A stretch of 64,000 bases of DNA from IMG/VR virus record IMGVR_UViG_3300027499_000005, positions 11,643-75,642 of that record; one strand, 5' to 3'. Of the stretch, positions 30,366 through 38,798 are shown in pieces. Source of the stretch: a virus. The notes under the pieces were generated by a model. That model had not been told where the DNA came from. It searched no databases and saw nothing but the letters and a program-made list of their open reading frames with translations. A program made the translations under genes and the position numbers. Every line of letters starts with the position of its first letter. Position 1 is the stretch's first letter.

Positions 30366-32420
30366 ATGACTTCTGAGCTTTTATTAGAAGGCGGTGTCGC
30401 TGGACACATGAGCCACCTTTATGATAACTATGGCTTATCATTTTCTCAAATCAAAGATGTCTTTACCAAGGCCGCAAATGGCGAGTTGGAAGGGACCGAG
30501 AAAACTGATGGTCAAAACTTGTTTATTTCTTATGACGTAAAAACCGGCAAAGCCAAAGGTGCGCGTAACAAAGGAAATGTCAAAGATGGTGGTCTTGATG
30601 CCTCTCAACTAGCTCAGAAGTTTGGTGGTCGTGGAGCTTTGGAGTTTACATTCTCTGAGGCTCTATCTGCTTTCGAAGAAGCAGTTAGTATGTTTTCAGA
30701 AGAAGAACAAATAGAGATCTTTGGTCCAGATACCAACATCTATTACAACTGTGAGATTCAGGATCCTCGTACTGCAAATGTTATCAACTATGATATCAAA
30801 ACTTTGTCAATCCACCGCCTTGGCGGTGCAGAGTTCGACCGAGAAACCGGAAACAAAACAGATCGTGATGTTACCGAGAATGCTGTCAAACTAGAGAAAG
30901 CTTTGGAACGTGTGCAAGACGAAAAGAAATCAGAGTACGGAGTCGCATTTGATGCTATAAGGCGTCTAAAGGCTTTGGATGATAAGACTGTTCTCCAATC
31001 AGCTATCGACCGCCTAGAGGCTGTTATGAACGAATACGGCGTTTCTGACAACGAGACTATAGGTGATTATATCGTGGTTCGTCTTGGTCTGACAATCGAT
31101 AAGAGATTGCCAGCTTTGCCGGAAGATAAAAAAGCTGCTTTGATCAAGCGTATCCTAAATGTCAAGGGTGTGTCAATCAAACAAGTGACTGATGGGCTTA
31201 GTAAAGAAGAAGCGCAAACGGTCAAGGAGTTTATTGGGAAAGCACCAGCTATCATGACAGCCTTGATTAGACCAATCGAAGAAGTTGTTCACGACTTCTC
31301 GGTTGAAATGCTAAAAACACTAGAATCAGCATTCGTTCTTGATAACAAGAAGGAAGTTGAGAGACTTCGTGGTGAAGTATCAAAAGCCGTAGATGCTATC
31401 GAGTCATCAGACAACGAAGAAGCAATGGAAATCCTTAAGAAGCAAATGGAGAAACTGAAGTCTGTCGAGAATATCAGTACTGCTGCCGAAGGATTTGTGT
31501 TTGCTTACGATGGACACAGCTACAAGTTCACTGGCAACTTTGCCCCGATGAATCAGCTACTTGGTCTATTCAAGTATGGCCGCGGCAATGTACCACCACT
31601 ACAAAAACTAGATGAGAACGAATCAATCGAAATAATACCAGAGGCCGATGGTTCAACTCAAACTGTTGGTGTATTCGCTGGATCTTTTAAGCCGCCACAT
31701 AAAGGTCACATGGCAGTTGTAGAATATCTAGCAAAGAAGTTTGATAAAGTACTTGTATTTGTTTCGGATCCGAAGAGCGCAGCTTCTGTCAGAATGAACC
31801 TGAATGCTTCAAAAGCTGCTGAGATATTTAATATTTACATTGCTGCTGCTGGTCTAGCTGATAGAGCAATGGCGATTGGATCTGAGCTTCCGAGTCCTTT
31901 AACAGCGGCGTTTACTTACGCTGAAAAGGAACAGTTTAGTCCAAGAGCAAAACTGTATTTTGCAGTATCTTCGAAGGATGCTGATAGATTTGCTAAGTTG
32001 AATGCTGCTCCTTTTTTGGAGAAGAACCCGACTTTAGATTCACTAGAGGCTGTCGTTATTCCTGCTATTACTGGTCCACAAGGCGAGATCTCGGCTAAAC
32101 AACTGAGAGCTATAATAGCAGATACAAATCTGAGTAGAGAAGATAAGGAAGAACAACTAGTAGCTTACTTACCTGACTTCTTAGAAGAAGATGATAGAAG
32201 GATGGTTTATAACATAATGATGCCAAGTGAAATAGTTGAAGTTATGAACCAAATGTTTGAGGATATATTAGCTGAGATATCTAAAGAGTCTAAAGAGGTC
32301 GAAGATATAGAAATATTAGATGAAATGTCAGCTATGGGTCTTGGATCAGTTGGTGGTTTTTCAAGACCATTAATCACTACTAAATCAAAACCTAAAAAAT
32401 CACTACCAAAAAAGAAATAA
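30366..32420 (+). CDS. fusion of a KxDG ligase/nucleotidyltransferase-like domain and an HxGH (cytidylyltransferase-like) domain
   Basis: GHMSHLYD...TEKTDGQN, AEGFVF; C-terminal FAGSFKPPHKGH and ISAKQLR; alternative GTG start at 30354. Confidence 0.65.
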   Translation: MTSELLLEGGVAGHMSHLYDNYGLSFSQIKDVFTKAANGELEGTEKTDGQNLFISYDVKTGKAKGARNKGNVKDGGLDASQLAQKFGGRGALEFTFSEALSAFEEAVSMFSEEEQIEIFGPDTNIYYNCEIQDPRTANVINYDIKTLSIHRLGGAEFDRETGNKTDRDVTENAVKLEKALERVQDEKKSEYGVAFDAIRRLKALDDKTVLQSAIDRLEAVMNEYGVSDNETIGDYIVVRLGLTIDKRLPALPEDKKAALIKRILNVKGVSIKQVTDGLSKEEAQTVKEFIGKAPAIMTALIRPIEEVVHDFSVEMLKTLESAFVLDNKKEVERLRGEVSKAVDAIESSDNEEAMEILKKQMEKLKSVENISTAAEGFVFAYDGHSYKFTGNFAPMNQLLGLFKYGRGNVPPLQKLDENESIEIIPEADGSTQTVGVFAGSFKPPHKGHMAVVEYLAKKFDKVLVFVSDPKSAASVRMNLNASKAAEIFNIYIAAAGLADRAMAIGSELPSPLTAAFTYAEKEQFSPRAKLYFAVSSKDADRFAKLNAAPFLEKNPTLDSLEAVVIPAITGPQGEISAKQLRAIIADTNLSREDKEEQLVAYLPDFLEEDDRRMVYNIMMPSEIVEVMNQMFEDILAEISKESKEVEDIEILDEMSAMGLGSVGGFSRPLITTKSKPKKSLPKKK

Positions 32421-32426
32421 TATAAA

Positions 32427-32435
32427 ACTATTTAT
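32427..32435 (+). promoter_or_regulatory. putative late promoter ACTATTTAT
   Basis: 25 nt before ATG 32461. Confidence 0.7.
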
Positions 32436-32460
32436 ATAGTCAATAATAAGGAATCACTAC

Positions 32461-33276
32461 ATGATCAGCAGACAAGAAATACTAGAAGAACAAATGCTTA
32501 GAAAAGCTATCAGAGGATTTCTAAAGAAGAAGATCACTGAAGGATTACAATCTAATAATAAGGAGATTCATATCCTTGGTCAAGTGATCAAGACAAAATC
32601 TTTACAACTTGAAGCCAAGACAGGCTCGGCTTCACCCGATGCTCCGCTTGATATTACAGCTATGAACTTTCTTCGTGACTTGCTTCGTAATATTGTACCA
32701 GTTGTTCAGTCAGCTTACAAGTCTTTAACGACAGATGTTAAACAAAGAGATTCTTACAAAGCTCACGTTCTTGCTTCCGTGGAAGATATCATGGATACCG
32801 AGTCAGCTAGCCCCGGTGAGCAAAGTGATGGGGCAAGCTCAGAGAGTGAACTAGAGGAAGAGATCAATATCGATCTTGGTGATGACGATCCTACACCTGA
32901 AGGTTTTATTGAAATCGAACCAGAAGAGGAACCCGAAGAGGTAGAACCTGAGCTATCACCAGAAGAAGAGTTTTCACAAAACTTAGGTTTGAATGACAAG
33001 GGATTAGACACCACAGGCCGTCAGCAAGCAATGGAAACAATGAACTCCGTATCGAAGCAGATTGCTGATATGTTCAGAAAGATCGATCCAGACAGTCGTG
33101 TTTCCACTGACAAAGTACCTGAGCTATCACAAGCATATCCAGAACTTGTCAAAGATGGAGGTGTCTCAGAACGCTCTGTGTTCAAAACTTATCTGCTTAA
33201 GAACTTGATGCTCTACTTTGACCGCTTCGAATCAGAACTAAACGCTAACCCACAAGCACCTCAAGTGAAAATCTGA
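32461..33276 (+). CDS. acidic hypothetical (possible head scaffold/core-like protein)
   Basis: ILEEQMLRKAIR N-terminus, long E/D/P-rich tract. Confidence 0.6.
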   Translation: MISRQEILEEQMLRKAIRGFLKKKITEGLQSNNKEIHILGQVIKTKSLQLEAKTGSASPDAPLDITAMNFLRDLLRNIVPVVQSAYKSLTTDVKQRDSYKAHVLASVEDIMDTESASPGEQSDGASSESELEEEINIDLGDDDPTPEGFIEIEPEEEPEEVEPELSPEEEFSQNLGLNDKGLDTTGRQQAMETMNSVSKQIADMFRKIDPDSRVSTDKVPELSQAYPELVKDGGVSERSVFKTYLLKNLMLYFDRFESELNANPQAPQVKI

Positions 33277-33629
33277 TGCATTGGAAGAGAGAGCGAGTTT
33301 ATAAGGGAAAATACAAAAACTATTCTATCTCTTCTAAGCTTCGCAAAGAAGGTAAATCAAACGATGAGTTTGAAGCCATGCTTTCTAATCTGCCTTTAGA
33401 AGACTTGGTAGCTCTAAAGTTAGAGATATCTTCCCGTCCAATAAACAACAGACTCTACGGAGTCCCTATTTGGAATACCATTACCGATATAGTCAGAGAA
33501 GCAGTATTCAAGTTTGCATATTCAGCTTCTAGAACTCAGGGCGAGGCAATGAACTTTTTGGGACTTCCAGAAATAAAGTTTTACGAACTCAAGAATCGAT
33601 TTGGAATAGAAAGATTTTTTGAGAAATAA
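33276..33629 (+). CDS. protein with a Fis-like C-terminal HTH
   Basis: YSASRTQGEAMNFLGLPEIKFYELKNRF resembles the Fis HTH_8 pattern. Confidence 0.45.
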   Translation: MHWKRERVYKGKYKNYSISSKLRKEGKSNDEFEAMLSNLPLEDLVALKLEISSRPINNRLYGVPIWNTITDIVREAVFKFAYSASRTQGEAMNFLGLPEIKFYELKNRFGIERFFEK

Positions 33630-33631
33630 TC

Positions 33632-33689
33632 AAACCTCCTGTTGACGCTACAGTAGCCGTGTCTAAGCTGTAGATAACAGGAGGTTTTT
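33632..33689 (+). promoter_or_regulatory. hsp20 control element: RBS-sequestering hairpin containing a sigma70-like promoter
   Basis: AAACCTCCTGTT (33632) / AACAGGAGGTTT (33676) perfect 12-bp stem; inner CTACAG/CTGTAG; TTGACG 33642, 16-nt spacer, TAAGCT 33664. Confidence 0.75.
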
Positions 33690-34106
33690 ATGTATACAGC
33701 AATCGCAACCCCAACTAGAGTGGGGAACTTTTTTGACTCTGCACCGCTCGATAGGTTGCTTGACAACCTATTTACAGGCGATAGTTTTGGTTTGAGGGAT
33801 AATATGGATAGGATTTATTCTACTGAGCGCAAGAACGAGGATGGGTCGGTTACTCTTACCCTAAGCACTCCCGGCGCTGAAAGGAGTGATATTGACGTTT
33901 CCTACGAGAAGGGGATCCTTGCTATTTCTTATAATAAACCAGAAGGTTCCAATGCGTTTGTGAACTCGTTCACTCGTCGTTGGAGAATCCCATCACATCT
34001 AGACGCGAATAGTATTGCAGCTAGCTATTCAAACGGGATTCTAACAATCGTAGCGCGCCCGCTACAACCAACAGAATCTAGATCACGAAAGATAACCGTG
34101 AACTGA
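33690..34106 (+). CDS. hsp20: small heat-shock protein (alpha-crystallin domain)
   Basis: PGAERSDIDVSYEKGILAI...FTRRWRIP...ASYSNGILTI. Confidence 0.92.
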   Translation: MYTAIATPTRVGNFFDSAPLDRLLDNLFTGDSFGLRDNMDRIYSTERKNEDGSVTLTLSTPGAERSDIDVSYEKGILAISYNKPEGSNAFVNSFTRRWRIPSHLDANSIAASYSNGILTIVARPLQPTESRSRKITVN

Positions 34107-34112
34107 TTTTTT

Positions 34113-34137
34113 GAGGAGGCTTCGGCCTCCTCTTTTT
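34113..34137 (+). terminator. intrinsic terminator with a C(UUCG)G tetraloop
   Basis: GAGGAGGC-TTCG-GCCTCCTC-TTTTT. Confidence 0.92.
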
Positions 34138-34162
34138 ATTTTGGTGGCTAGTTATTACTGAT

Positions 34163-34354
34163 ATGAACAACATAGTCTCAAATATTAGATTCATGGTAAA
34201 ACAATATTTCTCATTTGTTTTGGGAACTATTTTTGGTTCGACTATTGCAACCGTCGTGACATATGTTATACTGTCATTAGGCATAGTTGAGAAGTTGGTT
34301 GTCGAAGAACCGGCTGAACTTGCTATCTGCCTAATGGAAAATATAAATGAGTGA
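34163..34354 (+). CDS. small membrane protein
   Basis: Hydrophobic stretch FSFVLGTIFGSTIATVVTYVILSLGIV. Confidence 0.6.
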   Translation: MNNIVSNIRFMVKQYFSFVLGTIFGSTIATVVTYVILSLGIVEKLVVEEPAELAICLMENINE

Positions 34355-34769
34355 AAAAACAATAATGGTTTCTGGTGGATTCGATCCACTTCACATTGGT
34401 CATCTTCGCATGATCAAAGAAGCTGCCAAATATGGTAAGGTTATTGTTGTAGCAAACTCTGATGCTTGGTTGCTTCGCAAGAAAGGTTATATCTTTATGC
34501 CTTGGACAGAGCGTAAGGAAATAATCGAAGGATACGCAGAAGTCGATAGGGTCGAAGCTGTCGATGATTCTGACGGATCCGTTTGCGAAGCAATCCGGCG
34601 ATTGAGGCCAACATACTTTGCTAACGGTGGCGATAGGACTAATAAGAACACGCCAGAAATGGCGGTTTGTGATGAACTAGGTATTACGATGCTTTGGGAA
34701 GTTGGCGGCGGAAAGATCCAAAGCAGTTCAGAAATGGTCGCCAACGCAAATACCGCTAAAGGAAAGTAA
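34347..34769 (+). CDS. cytidylyltransferase-family protein (TagD/RfaE-like)
   Basis: SGGFDPLHIGH (HxGH), VVANSD, FANGGDR, KIQSSS. Confidence 0.9.
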   Translation: MSEKTIMVSGGFDPLHIGHLRMIKEAAKYGKVIVVANSDAWLLRKKGYIFMPWTERKEIIEGYAEVDRVEAVDDSDGSVCEAIRRLRPTYFANGGDRTNKNTPEMAVCDELGITMLWEVGGGKIQSSSEMVANANTAKGK

Positions 34770-35054
34770 ATGAGTTCAGGATTTCCTACTAGAACTAGCA
34801 TGGTCCGAGGTGGTATTCCCTGCCACCTTTCGGAAATAGGACAGTATAACTATTGGTATCCGGTTAGAAACCGTACCTGTGTTATCACAAAGGATGCTAT
34901 AGTAGATACCTTACCTTGGTTTGATCCTTCGAATAGAAGTTTAACAGCGATTAAGGTTAAAACTACTTATATTGATGGTTGCAGCGATCTTATAAATCGT
35001 AATAAAGAAACAACCGTTGTTTGGGTTGACACAGCCCAAATCCTAAAGTGGTAA
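34770..35054 (+). CDS. hypothetical protein
   Basis: 94-aa ORF starting directly after the previous stop. Confidence 0.6.
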   Translation: MSSGFPTRTSMVRGGIPCHLSEIGQYNYWYPVRNRTCVITKDAIVDTLPWFDPSNRSLTAIKVKTTYIDGCSDLINRNKETTVVWVDTAQILKW

Positions 35055-35066
35055 AGGTGCAAAATA

Positions 35067-36449
35067 ATGGCTAAGAAAACATACGTTCTCGATACAAGTG
35101 CTTGTTTAACAGACTCCGAGAGCATTCAAAAATACGGTAATAACGACATCGTTTTGCCTATCAAAGTTTTGGAAGAGATCGACAAGCATAAGAAGAGACA
35201 GGATAGCGTCGGCATCAATGCTAGATCTATCATTCGCGCCCTCGATGGAATGCGTGAACGAGGAGACTTAGATAAAGGTGTTCGTTTGGGTAAGGGCAAG
35301 GGTATCCTCCAAGTCATTAGCTTAGGTAAGGATGATGCTTTCTGGGATGAAAGCTTCCCAATGGAACTCGATAGAGAAGTTCCTGATCATTTGATCATCG
35401 CTACAGCGGTTCAAATCGCTCGCGAAGATCCAAAGAAGAAAGTTATTCTTGTCTCTAACGATATCAATATGCGAGTTATTGGTAACTCTGTTGGTTTAAC
35501 CACAGAGGATTATACCAATGATAAGATTATCGAGAATCAAAGCGATTTGTATTCTGGCTTAGCAGACGTTCTCGTAGACGATCAGTTCATTGATCAGTTC
35601 TACTCTGGAGAGAAGATGTATTTGGAAGATGAACAACAAGACTTACTTCATCCAAACCAATACTTAATGCTTATCTCATCAGCAAACGACAAGAAGACAG
35701 CAATCGCACGTTTTCGTGGCCGTGATTATCCACTGAAGAGAGTCAACGAACCTAAGAATCCAATCTCTGGTATTAAGGCAAAAAACAAAGAACAGCTATT
35801 TGCTTTGGACCTCCTGATGGATCCTGAAATCAAGGTTGTCTCACTTGTGGGTAAAGCAGGCTCAGGTAAGACCCTGATAGCCATTGCAGCGGGACTTCAA
35901 CAGGTAATCACATCAATGTCCGTCACAGAACTCGCTTCCTCTAGGAAGCCAGTAACGCTAAATAACGGCATTTACAAAAAGCTTGTAGTTTCGCGTCCTG
36001 TTATGCCAATGGGTAAAGATATTGGATTCCTTCCGGGTACAATGCAAGAGAAGATGGCTCCTTGGTTAGCACCTGTCCAAGACAACCTAAAGTTTTTGAC
36101 CGGTGATGACCAAACGACACTTGACCAATATATTGCAAATGGACTTATTGAGATGGAAGCTCTGACTTACATCCGTGGTCGCTCAATCTCCAATGCTTTT
36201 ATCATTATTGATGAAGCCCAGAACTTGACAAGCCATGAGATTAAGACTATATTGACTAGAGTAGGTGAGAACACCAAGATTGTTCTAACTGGTGACGTTG
36301 AACAGATCGATAACATTTACATAAATGAAACATCATCTGGTCTAACCCACGCAGTAGAAAAGCTAAAAGAGTTCTCAATCGCTGGACACGTTACACTTCG
36401 CAAGGGCGAGCGTTCCGATGTTGCAACGATAGCTGCTAAAGTACTATAA
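35067..36449 (+). CDS. phoH: PIN-domain + PhoH ATPase
   Basis: YVLDTS (PIN), GKAGSGKT, LVVSRPV, GFLPG, YIRGRS, IIDEAQNLT, GDVEQID. Confidence 0.93.
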   Translation: MAKKTYVLDTSACLTDSESIQKYGNNDIVLPIKVLEEIDKHKKRQDSVGINARSIIRALDGMRERGDLDKGVRLGKGKGILQVISLGKDDAFWDESFPMELDREVPDHLIIATAVQIAREDPKKKVILVSNDINMRVIGNSVGLTTEDYTNDKIIENQSDLYSGLADVLVDDQFIDQFYSGEKMYLEDEQQDLLHPNQYLMLISSANDKKTAIARFRGRDYPLKRVNEPKNPISGIKAKNKEQLFALDLLMDPEIKVVSLVGKAGSGKTLIAIAAGLQQVITSMSVTELASSRKPVTLNNGIYKKLVVSRPVMPMGKDIGFLPGTMQEKMAPWLAPVQDNLKFLTGDDQTTLDQYIANGLIEMEALTYIRGRSISNAFIIIDEAQNLTSHEIKTILTRVGENTKIVLTGDVEQIDNIYINETSSGLTHAVEKLKEFSIAGHVTLRKGERSDVATIAAKVL

Positions 36450-36458
36450 GGAAGTAAA

Positions 36459-36752
36459 ATGTCAGAAGAGTCCGAAAACCCAGTTCTCAGAACACCTGTA
36501 GCTCCAGAGACACCGCTACAGAAGATGATTGTAGAGTATGTAGGCAATAAGCTAAATCCAGAGAATCGACAAGTAACAGTAGAAATGATTGTGGAAGTTA
36601 TGGCTGAAGAGTTCCCACATTTTGTTTTGGCACTTGCCGAGGAAAACTGGATTCGTGGCTACCGTCAAGCACTAGACGACGTTGAGCGTGAAGTGCAATC
36701 GGCAGAACAAGATTCCGAAGGAACTGCACAAGAACCTTCGGAGGAAACGTGA
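36459..36752 (+). CDS. hypothetical phage protein
   Basis: AAGGA RBS; AEEFPHFVLALAEENWIRGYRQALDD. Confidence 0.75.
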   Translation: MSEESENPVLRTPVAPETPLQKMIVEYVGNKLNPENRQVTVEMIVEVMAEEFPHFVLALAEENWIRGYRQALDDVEREVQSAEQDSEGTAQEPSEET

Positions 36753-37519
36753 AGGGACATATCTCTTTCTCAGAGTTTAAGCTTTGGTCAGAATGTGCCT
36801 TTCATCACAAACTAAAATACATCGATAACTTAGAGGGATTCACTGGATCCCTCTATACTATTTTTGGGACTGCTATTCATAGTGTTTGTGAGAATAGTGT
36901 AGGTCAACCCGAAGGCTTCGATCCTGAGAAGCATTTTCTAGAGATCTTCGAAGACGGAAAGAATAAGCTCCTGTCAGAAGGTATCTCTGTAAACCAGCAA
37001 GAATATGATGCTATGATTCCTCAAGCAAAAGGAATCATTTCGTCTTATCTGCCTGCATTACAGAAGAAGTTTCCCGGATTCGAAGTCGTCGTGACAGAAG
37101 AAGACTTGATGGAGGAGATCGAAGGTTCCGAGATAAAGTTCAAAGGCTTCATCGATTTTATTATCAAGACCCCAGACGGCAAATATCATATTATCGATTG
37201 GAAGACCTGTTCTTGGGGTTGGGATGCTCAAAAGAAGTCAGATAAGATTGTCTCCTATCAGTTGACATTCTATAAACATTTCTGGGCTAAGAAACATAAT
37301 ATCGATCCAAAGAATATTGAGACTTACTTCGGGTTGCTGAAGAGAACAGCTAAGAAGGATAATGTTGAGATTTTCCGAGTTACAAGCGGAGAAAAAAAGA
37401 TCAATAATGCCTTGACAGCATTACGAAATGCGATTATAAACATAGAAAGACAAAAGTTTTATAAGAATAGAACTTCATGTAAGTTCTGTCCATTCTATAA
37501 GACCGAACATTGTAAGTGA
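36749..37519 (+). CDS. PD-(D/E)xK exonuclease, Cas4/AddB-like with an Fe-S Cys pattern
   Basis: HISFSE, EEDL, GFIDFII, IIDWKT; N-terminal Cys plus C-terminal CKFCPF...C; GTG start. Confidence 0.85.
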   Translation: MKGHISFSEFKLWSECAFHHKLKYIDNLEGFTGSLYTIFGTAIHSVCENSVGQPEGFDPEKHFLEIFEDGKNKLLSEGISVNQQEYDAMIPQAKGIISSYLPALQKKFPGFEVVVTEEDLMEEIEGSEIKFKGFIDFIIKTPDGKYHIIDWKTCSWGWDAQKKSDKIVSYQLTFYKHFWAKKHNIDPKNIETYFGLLKRTAKKDNVEIFRVTSGEKKINNALTALRNAIINIERQKFYKNRTSCKFCPFYKTEHCK

Positions 37520-37526
37520 GGAATAA

Positions 37527-38798
37527 ATGACAGAAAGAAAGAAGAAGATCTTTGTGATTGCGGATCATCCTTATGCTCCGTCTGGTGTCGGAACTCAAAC
37601 AAAGTATATTATTGAGACACTTCTAAAAACTGGTAAATACCAGATTGTATGCTTTGGAGGTGCTGTAAAGCATCAAGATTACAAACCACAGAAGACAGAA
37701 CAATGGGGCGATGATCTGATTATCTTCCCTGTCGATGGTTATGGCACACAAGAAATGGTACGTTCTTTACTCTGGACCCATAAGCCGGATATGCTCTGGT
37801 TTATGACAGATCCACGATTTTATGTATGGCTTTGGGACATGGAGAACGAGATTCGCTCACTAGTTCCTATGGTTTATTACCATGTTTGGGATAACTTCCC
37901 ACTCCCGAAGTTCAATCGGAACTTCTATCTTTCTAACGATTACATCGCTACAATCTCAAAAGTTACAGACGAGATCGTTCGTAATGTTGCACCCGAGATT
38001 GAAACTAAGTATGTTCCTCACGCTGTTGACACTGAAATCTTTAAACCGCTTGAAGAGGAAGAAATAAACGCCATTCGTGAACAGCATTTTGGTAAAGACC
38101 ATAAGAAAAAGACAATCTTCTTCTGGAATAATAGAAACGCTCGTCGTAAGATGTCTGGATCTCTACTGTGGTGGTTTAAGACTTTTGCCGATAAAGTCGG
38201 TAGAGAAAATACAAAACTCATTTTACATACCGACAGTAAAGATCCAAATGGACAAGATCTAGATGCAATCATTCAAGAGCTTGGTCTAACAGATGGAACC
38301 GTTCTTCTATCGCGGGAGAAGATAACACCACAAGATCTTTCTAGAATGTACAATATTGTAGATTTCACAATCAACATTTCGGATGCTGAAGGATTTGGTC
38401 TAGCAACTCTAGAATCTCTTTCCTGCGGTACACCGATCATTGTAAATATGACAGGTGGTCTACAGGAACAAGTAAAGGATGAAGATGGGAACTACTTTGG
38501 ATACCCAATAGAACCAGCTTCAAGGGCTGTTATCGGATCACAAGAAGTGCCATACATTTACGAGGATAGAATCTCTGAAGAAGATTTTGTTCATGCTCTT
38601 GTAATGTCCCACACGATGACAAGAGAAGGACGTAAGCAACTAGGGCTTGAGGGGCGTAATCACGTTCTAAAGAACTATAGTTTCGAAAACTTCCAAAAAC
38701 AGTGGCTTGAAATATTTGAACATGTTATAGACAAGCATGGTTCTTGGGATACAAGACAAAACTATCAAGCTTGGGAAATGAGAGAGGTAACACCATGA
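37527..38798 (+). CDS. GT-B (GT4-like) glycosyltransferase
   Basis: SDAEGFGLATLESLSCGTPII. Confidence 0.88.
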   Translation: MTERKKKIFVIADHPYAPSGVGTQTKYIIETLLKTGKYQIVCFGGAVKHQDYKPQKTEQWGDDLIIFPVDGYGTQEMVRSLLWTHKPDMLWFMTDPRFYVWLWDMENEIRSLVPMVYYHVWDNFPLPKFNRNFYLSNDYIATISKVTDEIVRNVAPEIETKYVPHAVDTEIFKPLEEEEINAIREQHFGKDHKKKTIFFWNNRNARRKMSGSLLWWFKTFADKVGRENTKLILHTDSKDPNGQDLDAIIQELGLTDGTVLLSREKITPQDLSRMYNIVDFTINISDAEGFGLATLESLSCGTPIIVNMTGGLQEQVKDEDGNYFGYPIEPASRAVIGSQEVPYIYEDRISEEDFVHALVMSHTMTREGRKQLGLEGRNHVLKNYSFENFQKQWLEIFEHVIDKHGSWDTRQNYQAWEMREVTP

